Of a DNA stretch of 64,000 bases, positions 49,101 to 61,333 are shown in pieces. The stretch comes from Candidatus Latescibacterota bacterium (GTDB taxonomy: Bacteria; Latescibacterota; UBA2968), in contig OZ242195.1 of the NCBI GenBank assembly GCA_965205975.1, positions 4,160,001 to 4,224,000 on the forward strand. Reading direction: 5' to 3'. Position 1 is the first letter of the stretch; each line of letters begins with the position of its first letter. The translations under genes and the position numbers were made by a program. The notes below the pieces were generated by a model. It did not search any database, was not told the DNA's origin, and was given only the letters and a program-made list of their open reading frames with translations.

Positions 49101-52100
49101 CTGACCGCTGTTGGTCAATCCGCTCCCGCTGTTCCGCTGCTTCGCCGATCTCCGACCACGCTCCCCAGGCAATGGCCTGTCCGGGTAGCCCCATCGCGCG
49201 GCGGTGACCGGCGAGTTGATCCAGAAATGCATTGGCTGAGGCGTGGTTCGCCTGGCCCGGATTGCCCATGACGCCAACCCGGCTCGAGAAGAGGACGAAC
49301 ATGTCCAGGTCGCGATCCAAAGTCGCCCGATGCAGATGCCATGCGCCCAGTACCTTTGGCCAGAGCACGGTTTCGAATCGCTCCCAACTCTGGTTGGTCA
49401 GCGCGCCGTCCGACAGCACGCCCACGCTGTGGATCACGCCTCCGAGCGGCGGTAGCGTCTCATCTATCCGCGCCATCATCTCATCTATTGCGGCGGCATC
49501 CGTCACGTCTGCGATCTCTACCTGCACTGTCACGCCGCGTTCCCGCAGCCTGCGGATCACCTCCTCAGCCTCGGGGTCCGGTGCCCGGCGCCCGTTTAGC
49601 GCGATTGCGCCCGCACCGCGATCCGCCAGCCAGTCTGCTACGGCGCATCCGATCCCACCCAGACCACCCGTTACCAGATAGGTGCGGTCCTGTCGCAACT
49701 TGTCCTTCAAGATCGGTGGTGTCGTTACGACGATCTTTCCTATGTGCCGGGCGGCGCGCATGAAGCTCAGCGCGGCTCCGGCTTCGGCGAGCGGCCATCT
49801 GCTGTGGGTGATTGTTTTCAGTTCTCCCGACGAAAGGCGCGCCATTACGTCCCGCAGAACTCTTCCCACCCACGCCGGATCGGTTTTTTTCAGAACATCT
49901 AATTCCAGAATGTCGTAGGCCACATCCGGACGCACAGCCGCCATCTCTTCCTCGCTCAAGATGTCTCGCCTGGCCAATTCCACGAACCGGCCGCCGTGCT
50001 TGAGGCAGGACAGACTCGCGTCGATGAAGCCCTCTCCCGTCAGGCTGTTCAGCACCACATCGATGCCCTCTCCATTTGTAGCTTCGAGGATCTCTTTTCC
50101 AAACGCTGTCTGGCGGCTGTCGAATATGTGTTCCACGCCCAGTGATCGGAGATATGCCTGCTTCGGCGCGCTCGCGGTGGCAAAGACCTCTGCGCCCGCG
50201 GCTTGCACCAACTGAATGGCCGCCAATCCCACACCGCCCGAACCAGCGTGAATCAGTACCCGATCGCCGGCCTCCAGTCCCGAGAGTTCGAAAGACAGCG
50301 CGGCGGATACGAACGCGCTCGGCACCGTGGCAAGTCCAGTGACGGAGAAGCCCGATGGCGCGGGTGCTACCAATTCTTCCCGCGTGACCATTTGCGCCCC
50401 GAACGCCCCGAATCCCAATCCGACCACATGGTCGCCGACGGAAATGGTCGAGACATCGGAACCCACCTCGAGGATATAACCACACATCTCCCTGCCCAGA
50501 TTTCCCTCCTCAATAAAGCCGAGTGAACGAAACACATCCCAGAAGTTGAGCCCGGAAGCCTCGACTGAGACGCGAACTTCGCGCGGTTCGAGAGAAGGCG
50601 CCGGTAGCGGCTGGACATACGGTCTTTCGAACACGCCGTCCGGATCCGGAGCCAGCACCCATTCCGGGTCCTCCGGCAAGGTCAGGCGCTCTACCCCGGA
50701 GCCCATCCGAATCAGGCGGGCTACGCGGCGGGCATCCCCGCGGTACGCGATATGATTCTCGGGATCGGGATACAGGAGTTCATTGACGAGGTCGGGTGCC
50801 GGTGCCATATCGCCGGGGTCCAGATCGATCATCCTCGGCTGCAGATGCGCCGCTTCTCGGGCTACTGCTTTGCCGAAGCCCCAGAGTGCTGCGCCGGCGA
50901 GTTCTCCACCGCGCTCCCGCTCCAATACCTGGGCTCCGCGCGTGATAAACCACACGCCTTTTTCTGGTGTCATATCGAAGTCGGTGACGGCCTGCACCAG
51001 CGCGAGCACACTCGCCCCCACTCGTCGGACATCCTCCGCCATTTCCCCGGTCGTTGCCTCTGTCCCATGCCCTTCCAGTGACGCGAGATGTACAATGCCG
51101 CTGAGTGGCACGTCGTCCGGTAGCTCCATCAGGAGTGATCCCCACGCCTCGCGCTGTTCCATATCTATGGTCTTTCTGATAACTTCAGAGTCTTCCTCTA
51201 CCCGCGGGCCATCGCTACATGCCAGCACGACCGTCTGGTTTCGAGCCGCGAGTTCTGCCGCGAGTTCCTCTGCAGCTCTTCCCTGGTCTGCCGCCAGAAC
51301 CCACGCGCCTCCCTGCTCTGTCACCTTCGCCGGTCCCTGCGCCACGATCACGCCCTTATCCAGCGTCCTGGTGGCGTCGGACTCATCTACTCCCAGAACC
51401 TCTACTTCCTCGAAGCCCACGTTGCCGAGTGCTCGTCGCCATACCGAAGGCTCGGCCAGAGCGTGGTGCGGGCGGTAGCTGTCGGCAAATCGCCACCAGC
51501 CATCCAGTTGTCCGAAAGTCAGATCCATCCAACCCAGGCCGCTGAGGTTCTCGAGTGCGATTAACTGCCCCGATGGCGCGAGAAGGTCACGACAGTGCGC
51601 GAGTGTTTCCTCCAGGTATCGCGTGGCGTGTAGCACATTGGACGCGATCAGCAAGTCATAACTATGGCGTCAAAGCCCTGTGCCACGGGATCCTTCTCGA
51701 TATCCAGCGGACGGTATTCGATAGCCTCGTCTCCGAACCGCGCCTCGGCTTCCGCAAAGAAGCCCGCGGATATATCCGTGTACACGTAGTCGAAACGTCC
51801 GTCCGGAAGTTCTGGCAATACGGACGCGGTTGCTGAACCCGTACCCGCGCCGACCTCGATGACTCTGAGGCGCCGGTCATCCGGCAATGCGGACACGAGT
51901 GCTCGCACCGCATCACCCAGCATACTGTTCGCCGCTCGTGCCACAGGTGCCTTCAGATACAGATCGGCTGCGGTCGGTTCTCCGCTGCTGAACAGGAGGG
52001 TCAGCGGATCTTCGCGACCGCGAAGCACCTCTGCCAGAGCGCGGCCAGAGCGTCGAAACAGGCCGATTTCGGTCAGGCCGTGGGGGTGCAGGTCGGTCAT

Positions 52101-55100
52101 CCGGGAGGCGAATTCCTCAAGATCGCCCGGCATTTCCTCCGGCAGCGGATCTTCGGGTCCTATGACCACGACGAAGCCGTCTCCCGTCTCTTCCAAAACC
52201 CCCGATTTGGCGAGCATTTCGAGCATTCGGCGGAAGAGGCGCTTGTGTTCCTCGGTGACTTGCAGGCGTTGCCGCAAGTCTTCGGGATCCACGGTCTCGC
52301 CCGTCTTGCGCTGCCAACCCAGCTCTTTCAGGGTCGCGAGTGCGCGGGACCGGGACCACCGTTCCAGATCCGCGAGCAGAGCGTTCCTGCCTTCGGGATC
52401 GACGCCTGCATCTATCAGATAGTCGGAGAACAACTGCGAGCGGGCGGCAACAGTTGCCGGACCCGGGAAGAAGTCCGCGGGTGTTATTCCAGGTGAAAGG
52501 TCGCGCTCGCGCCACACCACCTCGTACAGGAGGTCCTTCACGCCTTCGACTGCCGAGAGCAGTGCTTCCTGCGTCGCCCGCTTCACCGTGTACCCGCTCA
52601 AACCACCGAGCGGAACGCCGTTCAGATCGTAGATGTTCAGTTCACCGCTCAGGACTTCCGGAGGTTCGTCCGTTTCTTGGGAAGCCTCACTCAAGCGCAC
52701 GTGACAGACGACCCGGTCCGGTAGCTGTCCCGTCAGCCACAGCCGCTCCCAGCCAAACGGCAGATATGTGGTTTCGCTCCCGGACCCCTCCAGGTTACGC
52801 GCCGCACCCACGACCTGAAAACAACCGTCCAGGACGAGCGGATGGACATCCAGTCCGTGTCCGGTCAGGGTTTCCGGCAGAGACACCTCGCCCAACGCCT
52901 CGCCCGCCCGGGACCAGACCTTCCCCAGCGTGCGGAAGAATGGACCGAGATCAACCCCGGTACTCGCCCTATGGCGGTAATAGCCCGCCACATCTACTGG
53001 AGAGAGGCCGGCCTTCAGACTTTCCAGATTGATCCTCTCACCTGCTTCCGGCAGAGGGGCACCTGACGACACGCGACCTTCCACGTGTACTGTCCATTCC
53101 CCTTCACTCCCCTTGCTGAATATCTGGACTTCGCGCGACGACGCCTGTTCAGAGGCGTCGAGCACGACCTGCATCTCTCTGCCCTCTTCATCCGTCTCGT
53201 CTTCGTCCTCGAAGACCATCGCGTTGTGCAACTGGAAATCCTCCACGACTACTGATCCGCTCTCTTCGAGGAACGCCGCCGCGCACGCCATGGCCCCGTA
53301 GAGCGCGCCAGGCGCTACGATCCGACCAAACACTTTGTGGTCGTTCAGGTAGGACGGGTCCGAGGGAAAAACTTCCGTCTCAAAGGTAATTTCTCCGCGG
53401 GCTGATTCGTGCCGGGCACCCAGTAGCGGGTGGTCGGAACTCCGGCGCTGACGCTTCGGTGGCTCAAGCCAGTGGTGTCTGCGCTGGAATGGGTAGCTGG
53501 GCAGGGAGATCCGCCGCCGCGTCTCCCCTGCGAAGAGTCCTGCGAAACGAATCGAGAGTCCCGCCTGGTACGCTTCTGCGACCGATCCCACGAAACCGTC
53601 AGTGTTTCCCGATTTCTCTGCGTTGTCCGACGGCGGGGAAAGGCTCGACAGCACTGCCGGTGTCTGCGGCGACTCCGGCCAGGCGGAGGCCGCCATTGGA
53701 GCCAGCACGGACCGCGGGCCGATTTCCAGCACCACATCGACCCCGAGATCCGCCAATGTTTTCACCCCTTGGGCAAATGCCACCGGCTCCCGGGCATGCC
53801 GCCTCCAGTAGGCTCCGTCCTGCGTCTGGTCCGGTTCTACGGCTCTACCCGTCAGGTTGCTGACCACGGTAAGGGAGGGCGATTGGATCGCCACGCCGTT
53901 GAGGGATGTTTCCAGTTCGTCCAGGATAGGCTCTACCAGCGCGCTGTGGAACGCCTTGGTTGTGTTCAGCCGCCTGACCCGTATGCCTTCTTGTTCGAAT
54001 CGCTTCGAGATCTCTTCAATTCTCGCAATCGGGCCGCTGACCACCTGGTGGTTCCCGTTGTATCCCGAGATGCTCAATCCGGCGCCAGAGGAGGCTGCGT
54101 TTACCGTCTCCACTTCCACCGCTACGTGATCGGCTGGTGCGAAGACCGCGGCCATGCCGCCCTCTTCCATCTGCGACATCAGCGCGCCTCGTACGGCGGC
54201 AAATCGCATCCCGTCCTCAAGACTGAACACGCCTGCTGCCTGCGACGCCGCGAGTTCTCCGATGCTGTGTCCGACGACCACATCGGGACGGATGCCGACG
54301 CTCGACCAGAGCGCTGTCAGTGCGCACTCCAGCGCGTAGAGAGCAGGCTGCTCCCAAGCCGTGTCGCCGAGTTCCCCTCCGACATTCCTGAACATCACGT
54401 CCAAAAGCGAGGTGCCTCTCTCCTGAAGAAGGACCGCCTCGCAGCGGTCCAGTACCGCCCGCGCCACTGGCTCGCTCTCGTAGAGTCCCTGTCCCATGCC
54501 GACCCACTGGCTTCCCTGTCCGGTGTAGGCGAATGCCACCCGGGTCGGTGTCCGCGACGACGCGCCCCCATCTATTTCCGCCAGTTCACGGAGGTGCTCC
54601 CGTAGAGATTCCGCGTCGTGGAAAACGACGCCCGCGCGGTGGTTGAAGTGACTCCGGCCCACACCCGCTGTCCACGCCATGTCCGCAAGTATCGCCTCAT
54701 CTTCTTCGTCGGCGTGTTCGTCGAGCCATGAAAGGTACCGCCCTCCCAGGTCCCGAAGTGCCCCATCGGATTTTCCCGACAGCGGAAGGAGACGGGTCTG
54801 GCGCGGCTGGACTTCCTGCTCTGGCAGCGGCAGATCCCCAATGGTCGCTGGCAGCGAGACTACCACTGGCTTCGCGGAGCCAACAGCAGTGGATGTACCA
54901 TCCGAAGCACGGTATTCCTCCATTACGATGTGGGCATTCGTCCCGGATATTCCGAAGGAGTTCACCCCTGCGAGTCGCGGTCGATCAGGACGGTGGGGTA
55001 AGTCCATCATAGACGATGTCACCCGCAATGGTAGGCTGTCCCAGTCGAGACTCGGGTTGGGATTATGGAAATGGAGGTGTTTTGGAATCTCTCCCCGCTT

Positions 55101-56222
55101 CAGTACCAGCGCGGCTTTGATCACTCCGGCTACGCCTGCGGCCGACTCCAGATGGCCGACATTGGTCTTAACGGAACCGACGAGAAGGGGTCGGTCAGAG
55201 GAACGACCCTTGCCATAGACATTGGCCACAGCGTTGATCTCGATGGGATCCCCCACCGTCGTTCCGGTCCCGTGCGCCTCCAGGTAATCTACGTCCGATG
55301 GGGGGATTCCCGCGTCGGACAGCGCGGTCTCGATTACTTCCTCCAGCGCGGGTGTGTTCGGCACCGTTAGCCCCGTACTGGCTCCGCCGTGGTTCACCGC
55401 CGCGCCCCGGATCACCGCCCAGATCCGATCGCCGTCCGCCTCTGCCTCATCGAGCCGCTTGAGGATGACGACCCCGCAGCCTTCACCGCGCACGTAACCG
55501 TTCGCGGACGCGTCAAAGGTTTTGCACTGTCCATCTGGAGACAGCATCATCGCATCCGCGCGCAGTTCGTAGATGCGACCGTTCAGAATCGCCTGTACGC
55601 CGCCTGCAATAGCAAGATCCGCTTTGCCCTGCTGCAGATCTGCCACCGCGTCGTGGACTGATACCATGGATGACGCACACGCGGCATCTACTGCCTTTGC
55701 CGGTCCTCTTAGCCCCAGCACGAAAGAGACCCGCCCGCTGGCGCCATTCAGGTTGGTGCCGCTGAGGGCGTAGAGACAGCTTGCGGCCTCAGCGGGCTTG
55801 CTCGAGTCCACGACCAGCATTCGGTATTCGTCGTTGCTGATCCCGGTGTACACGCCAGTGCGGCTCTCTCTCAACTCCTCCGGATCGATTCCCGCGTCCT
55901 CAAGAGCCTCCCAGCTCGTCTCCAGCATCATTCGCTGCTGCGGATCCAGCAGTTCCGCCTCCACCGGCGAAATCCGGAAGAAGGCGTCGTCGAACTGGTC
56001 GATGTCGTCAACGAAGGCGCCGAAACGGCAACCTTCGCTCTGCACCACATCGTCGGGAAAAAGCAGGCCCCAGCGCCCTATGCCTGAACCCGGGATTCCT
56101 TCGCTGACGGCATTCCCGCCAGCTTCGAGCAGTCGCCAGAAGGCAGAGATGTCCGCCGCGCCGGGAAATCGGCAGGCCATACCTATGATCGCTATCGGTT
56201 GGTCTGATTTGTCCGGTTTCAT
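46189..56222 (-). CDS. supA: Type I PKS/FAS KS-AT-DH-cMT-ER-KR-ACP-KS-AT (SupA-like), interrupted by a 1-nt frameshift at ~51666
   Basis: KS1 DAACASS/HGTGT, AT1 GHSIG/AFHS, DH HKVFGRIVAP, MT EVGAGTG, ER HAGSGGVG, KR TGGLGGIG, ACP GMDSL, KS2 LNCASS, AT2 GHGIG. One extra C restores GFDAHSYDLLIASNVLHAT and a 3344-aa ORF. Confidence 0.85.
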
Positions 56223-56248
56223 TATTAATTCTCCATGTTCGTACTGGT

Positions 56249-57175
56249 TTATAACAGGTCATTACTCTCGATAAACTCTCGGACCATCTCAACGCACGCC
56301 TCTGGTTTTTCCAATTGAAGAAAGTGCGTTGTCTCAGGCACGAAATCGTAATCTACAGTCAGAATGTCACCAAGGTCAATTGTCGGCAGGAATGTATAAG
56401 GTAAGGTGGGATCGGATCCGATGACTTTTGTGGGGCAAGGGAGTGTTTCAAAATCCATCAATGCGGAAAAGCTTCTCATATAATCGACGATCTGCGCTTC
56501 GTAGTCGCGAGGACATCGAAGTTCATAACCCTGTCCATCGGCGGCCTTTTGAAGCGTTGTTCTGGCCATGAGTTCTCGAGACCCAGGAACGAGGCGCGAG
56601 AAGCCGGGCAGAAAGCTGAGGAGTTCTGCAAAATCCTCTTCTGTTTGGAACAGATACCCGCGGCGGCGGGTGACTTCGGCTGCGTATTCGGCAGCCTCAT
56701 CAAATTCTATCTGGCTATTACCGGGCTTGCACAGGGGGGGATCGAATAGTATCATCGCGGATAAATGGCCGCTTTGGGCAGATGGCCCGAGGTCTGCCAT
56801 AGTCGTTAGTGATAGGAGTGTTATCAGTGCGGAAGCAGAGTGAAATATACCGGTTTTTGGTTTGTTTTCGTAGTGATGGTCAATGGCTTCAAAAATACAG
56901 AGATGGTCGCGGACCAGCGTTGGAACATTGTGATTTGCGCGTGGACCAACGGTATTCCAGCCGTGGTTTCTGAGGTCGAAGATGATGAGGTCGAAATCAT
57001 CGGCGAGCAGTGACCAGAAGGGGTAGTAGAGATCGCTTGCGAGGCCATTGCCGTGGCTCAGAACGAGGCGTGGTCCTTCGGGATTTCCATGCTGGCGCAG
57101 AATGGTGACGGTGTCGTCGTCGAGTTGGACTTCACATGTCGAAAGAGGTTCGGGTATTTCCCACACATTATTCAT
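56249..57175 (-). CDS. Alpha/beta hydrolase of the PKS cluster
   Basis: SHGNG, DLRNHG, nucleophile elbow FHSAS, THFLQLE. Confidence 0.85.
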   Translation of the reverse strand: MNNVWEIPEPLSTCEVQLDDDTVTILRQHGNPEGPRLVLSHGNGLASDLYYPFWSLLADDFDLIIFDLRNHGWNTVGPRANHNVPTLVRDHLCIFEAIDHHYENKPKTGIFHSASALITLLSLTTMADLGPSAQSGHLSAMILFDPPLCKPGNSQIEFDEAAEYAAEVTRRRGYLFQTEEDFAELLSFLPGFSRLVPGSRELMARTTLQKAADGQGYELRCPRDYEAQIVDYMRSFSALMDFETLPCPTKVIGSDPTLPYTFLPTIDLGDILTVDYDFVPETTHFLQLEKPEACVEMVREFIESNDLL

Positions 57176-57429
57176 AGCAGGATTTCCAATGGCATTAGTA
57201 ATAAAGAAAGGCACGCAGCACCACACGACACAAATGCGTCGAGGACGAGCGTGCCATGTTATGCAGTTATAGGAAGTCGTGCAAGGATATTTTTTACTAA
57301 CGTTTGTCAGAAATATAAAACAAAAATCACGCATAGCCCTTGACAGAGTGTTTGGAAAGATGTTGTTTTACAGAGTGTTAGTGGTAAGAAGTAATCATGG
57401 ATTAATGGTAGGCCCGTTATCGCTTTGCT

Positions 57430-58689
57430 ATGCCTATAAATAGATTCTTACGCGGAGGCGTTTCCATGTACATCCTCATGATCACTTTATCAATTGCCTC
57501 ACTCTTCCTGACGGGCAGTGGCTTTGCTGCCGATTGGCCGCAGTGGTTTGGTCCCAATCGCGATGGGATTTCCTCTGAGACAGGCGTGCTCAAAAACTGG
57601 CCTGATTCCGGGCCTGCTGTTCTCTGGCGAATCCCGCTGGGCGAGGGTTTTTCGAGCATTGCCGTTGCACGGGGCGCAGCTTATACTATGTTTGCTGAAG
57701 GCAAAGATGAGTACGCGGTATGTCTGGATGCTGCTACAGGGGAAGAGCGCTGGCGCGTTAAGACGGGAAGCAATTTTTCGGACTGGCAGGGCGGGAATGG
57801 TCCCAGATCGACTCCCATAATTGACAAAGAACGGGCCTTCTTTTTGGGAGCAAACGGACAACTTTATGCACTCAATGTTGAGGACGGCGAAACGGTATGG
57901 TCTCACCATTTACAGACTGAATACATAAGTGATCCCCCTCACTGGGGCTTTTCTACTTCCCCTTTGATAGAAGGTGACCTGCTGATTGTCGAGGTTGGGG
58001 GTTCCTCTGGAAACTCTTTTATTGCCTTTGATAAAACCACCGGCAATGTCGTATGGGCTTCTCAAGATGACGCGCCTTCTTATGCTTCACCCATTGCTAT
58101 TACTGTGTCTGATGTTCGGCAAATTGTCTTTTTTCCAGCCTCTGGCCTGGTTGGTGTCGCAGCCAGAGATGGCCGATTTCTGTGGCGATATCCCTGGCAA
58201 ACGGGTCCCGATGTCAATGCCGCTACGCCTGTTTTTCTCGCTCCGGATAGACTTTTTATCTCTTCGGGGTATGGCAAAGGCGCGACGGTTATTCAGCTTA
58301 TTTCCCAGAACGGTCAGTTTTCGGTAAAAAAAGTATGGTTCAATCGGGGTATGAAAAATCACTTTGCCTCTTCCATACATCACGAAGGGTACCTCTATGG
58401 CTTTGACAACGCCATTCTCAAGTGCATTGCCGCGGATACCGGGCAGGAGCAATGGCGCAAACGCGGCTTTCAAAAGGGGTCACTCATCTTTGCGGACGGG
58501 TATTTGATCGCCCTGGGCGAACAGGGTAAGCTGGCTCTGGTAGAAGCTACACCTGAAGCGTACATAGAAAAAGCCAGTGCTCAGGTTTTGTCGCCCCGCT
58601 GCTGGACGCCACCCACGCTGGCGAATGGCAGGCTTTATCTTCGAAACCACAGTGAGATGGTTTGTTTGGAAGTGGGAAGTGGGAAGTGA
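57430..58689 (+). CDS. PQQ-binding-like beta-propeller repeat protein
   Basis: Signal peptide, DWPQWFGPNRDG, repeated CLDAATGEERW motifs; start may be ATG 57466 (GGAGG RBS). Confidence 0.88.
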   Translation: MPINRFLRGGVSMYILMITLSIASLFLTGSGFAADWPQWFGPNRDGISSETGVLKNWPDSGPAVLWRIPLGEGFSSIAVARGAAYTMFAEGKDEYAVCLDAATGEERWRVKTGSNFSDWQGGNGPRSTPIIDKERAFFLGANGQLYALNVEDGETVWSHHLQTEYISDPPHWGFSTSPLIEGDLLIVEVGGSSGNSFIAFDKTTGNVVWASQDDAPSYASPIAITVSDVRQIVFFPASGLVGVAARDGRFLWRYPWQTGPDVNAATPVFLAPDRLFISSGYGKGATVIQLISQNGQFSVKKVWFNRGMKNHFASSIHHEGYLYGFDNAILKCIAADTGQEQWRKRGFQKGSLIFADGYLIALGEQGKLALVEATPEAYIEKASAQVLSPRCWTPPTLANGRLYLRNHSEMVCLEVGSGK

Positions 58690-58734
58690 GAGGGACTGGG
58701 GGTTGGTCCTGCAATTGTAAATAGGGACCGTCCC

Positions 58735-61323
58735 CTACTTCTTATCGCCTATTGCTACCCAAACATCTTTTGTCGCTGTTGGTTTCCCCGGGCGGCTCAG
58801 ATCGGTTACGGTTACGCCTATCGTGAGTTTTTGTCCCGGTTTTGCCGCTACATTGAGGGCAACATATACGGGTTCTGTTTCCGTGTTGCCCCGATGTTCA
58901 TAAGATACCTGTACCCCTTCTTGCTTTTCAGATATGCCCAGAAATGTGCCGATACCTTTTAGCAATCTGGCACTGGCATTTTTGCTGCCGCGTACAGCAT
59001 AATCCACGCGATAATGCGTTTGTCCTGTGTCATCTCGGAAGAGGTTGTACACTTTATAGTACAGATAGACTGGCTGTTCCGGGGCAAAGGTGTGTGACGG
59101 CAGGGGGAGCACTTCGAGTTCGTCTCGGACGAATTTGCCTTCTGCACGGGCTTCTATTGTTGTAATTTTTCCCGCCACGACAAGGTCGCTTACCATCAGG
59201 GTCGGGGCGTTATATGCTTCTACATCGACGAGTTGTCGGTGGATTTGCAATTTTCCCGAGGCAGGGTCGGACACTCGTACAGCCATGAGATAGTGGCCGG
59301 GTTTAACTTCTGTTGTGACCTGATCCACCCATAAAACGCCGGGGTCGTCAACGGTTTCGGGCTGTGTTGCTCGCGTGTTCAGGCTGTCGCGGGCAATTTC
59401 TGTTCCCTGTGCGTCATAGAGGACCCACATTCGATTCACCGAAGCCGATATCTGTGTTCCCCGTTTTTGCGTTTTCAGTACGGCCCAGGGTATGCCGATA
59501 AAGGCATCCAGGCGCGTATCGCGTCCATTTCCCTGGAAATCTGCGACCGACATAAGCAGCGGCATTGGGTCTCCGGGATATGGATAGTGGTAAACAGAGG
59601 GCGTGCGGTTGACGACCCGTGCGACCACGGCTTCGGGTGCGAGGTGTTGCCACAGCAATCGATTGGGCGAGTCAACAGGCGGCTGGGGAAATTGAAAATC
59701 AAAACTGCCCAGGGCATCGAGGAATGTCACTTCAAATCCCTCGCCAATATGGGCGTAAATCCAGGTTTCCCACTTGTAGTTCAAAGACGCGCCATCTCGA
59801 AATAATGCCCCCTGGTGCGGCATGGGAAATATCGGCAGCCCCCGTACTTCGGGTGTCACCTTCATTACCGTGCTTGCGCCCAAAGACGATTCTATCTGTA
59901 GCGATGTCGTGGGAACGATTTCGTGCAGTGCTTGTCCCGCGAGGTCCATGAGTCGGTTTTTTACCCGAATCACTTTTGCATTGGTTTCGAATACGAGGTG
60001 ATCGGACCAGCTTCTGTGATCGGGATGACCAAATCGGATATATACATCGCCGCGCGCATCCCAGGGTATTCGGCCTTCGGAAAAGTTCTGTATCGCGTAA
60101 TTGACGCGCCGGTAGTGTTCCAACCTGCGCTCGTTAACCAGTGTGGTGGGTGTTGGGTCTATTTTGCGCCAGAACAAGTTGGTAAATGCGCGTTTTTCAT
60201 CTCCCTCGATCATGCGAAAGGTCTCAAATTCTTTTGCGGACAGGAGCAGGGTGACATCTTCGTACAGGTCGCGTTCATTTTGCGGCAGGATGGATAAAAA
60301 TTGCGAAAATGACGCTTCGGCCTGTTCGTACGCACCCGATTCCAGATATTGTGCGCCCAAAAGCGGCAGATAACGCTCGGGGTCTTTTTGGGCGAGATCG
60401 CGCAATTCTGTGGTGGTGTGCAATTCTTGTTTCAAATACTTCAATTCCATAGCCACGCGCGCCAACCTGCCCCTTGCCACGCTGTGCGCTGGATTTACAG
60501 CGACTTGCTTTGACAATGCCTTGACGGCTTTTTCAAAATAATAGAGCGATTCGTAAAATGTCCCCAGCTTGAAATACGCATCGCGGTGTTGGGGAAACCG
60601 CTTGACCACGTTGCTAAAATGATGGTCCATATCCACGCTACGCATCGCCAGGTGACACATCGCCAGATTGTAATACGCCGCCTCGTATTTCGAATCGAGA
60701 GATACGGTGTCCTGGAAAAGGTCCAGTGCGCGGCGCACCTGTTTTTTCTGGATCAAGCACGCCAGTGCCCGCCCGTGTCGCGCGATGAGAAACCGCCGAT
60801 CTTTTTCCAGTACGCGCACAAAAATGCGTTCTGCTTCTACGCCTTTGTGTTGCTCTAACAAACAATATCCCAGCGCGCACAGGGCGAGGCGGTCGTTGGC
60901 ATCGTCCTGTAGCATCCGTTCAAATAGTGCAACAGCGTCGTCGAGCAGGGCGGCATCTGGTGGTGTGGCGCGCGTTTTATAGCGCTGGGGTATCAATCGA
61001 CCGCGTTCAAAAAAAGCGTCTGATACCGTCAGGTAGCGACGCCCGCTGTGATACCCGTAATAAAAATCCAGTACTACGGGATTGTGTCGTTGCCAGAAGT
61101 CGATTAAAAATTGCGCTTTCTCCTCTCGCTGCAATGCCCGATATACGGCTGCGCTGTCTGGTCCGGCGCGTTCTGCGACTATAACCGCAGCGAACGAATC
61201 TGCCCGTGCATCGAAGCTTTCCTGCAGGCGATCTGCCCAGACAGGCACACATATCATGGCAAATGCACACGCGATAAAGATGCGTTCACAGATGGAGCGA
61301 ATGTTTCTTTTGCCGTTACACAT
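58735..61323 (-). CDS. GWxTD-domain protein with TPR repeats
   Basis: FWRKIDPTPTT..NER..EHYRRV.YA...F..PWDARGDVYIRFGHPD; N-terminal TPRs and signal peptide. Confidence 0.85.
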   Translation of the reverse strand: MCNGKRNIRSICERIFIACAFAMICVPVWADRLQESFDARADSFAAVIVAERAGPDSAAVYRALQREEKAQFLIDFWQRHNPVVLDFYYGYHSGRRYLTVSDAFFERGRLIPQRYKTRATPPDAALLDDAVALFERMLQDDANDRLALCALGYCLLEQHKGVEAERIFVRVLEKDRRFLIARHGRALACLIQKKQVRRALDLFQDTVSLDSKYEAAYYNLAMCHLAMRSVDMDHHFSNVVKRFPQHRDAYFKLGTFYESLYYFEKAVKALSKQVAVNPAHSVARGRLARVAMELKYLKQELHTTTELRDLAQKDPERYLPLLGAQYLESGAYEQAEASFSQFLSILPQNERDLYEDVTLLLSAKEFETFRMIEGDEKRAFTNLFWRKIDPTPTTLVNERRLEHYRRVNYAIQNFSEGRIPWDARGDVYIRFGHPDHRSWSDHLVFETNAKVIRVKNRLMDLAGQALHEIVPTTSLQIESSLGASTVMKVTPEVRGLPIFPMPHQGALFRDGASLNYKWETWIYAHIGEGFEVTFLDALGSFDFQFPQPPVDSPNRLLWQHLAPEAVVARVVNRTPSVYHYPYPGDPMPLLMSVADFQGNGRDTRLDAFIGIPWAVLKTQKRGTQISASVNRMWVLYDAQGTEIARDSLNTRATQPETVDDPGVLWVDQVTTEVKPGHYLMAVRVSDPASGKLQIHRQLVDVEAYNAPTLMVSDLVVAGKITTIEARAEGKFVRDELEVLPLPSHTFAPEQPVYLYYKVYNLFRDDTGQTHYRVDYAVRGSKNASARLLKGIGTFLGISEKQEGVQVSYEHRGNTETEPVYVALNVAAKPGQKLTIGVTVTDLSRPGKPTATKDVWVAIGDKK

Positions 61324-61333
61324 GGCGTAGCCT

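Noticed and set aside
51648..51670. Programmed frameshift or true two-gene split of the PKS
   Set aside because: The break falls mid-methyltransferase motif with no slippery heptamer and no RBS for the second ORF.
46176..56292. Many long antisense and alternate-frame ORFs (e.g. 53430-54605, 49565-50485), and similar ones across the window
   Set aside because: Shadow ORFs of GC-rich coding sequence with no motifs.
57210..57256. GGCACGC/GCGTGCC stem upstream of the PKS-cluster hydrolase
   Set aside because: A single short hairpin with no second copy or recognisable RNA motif; too little to call.
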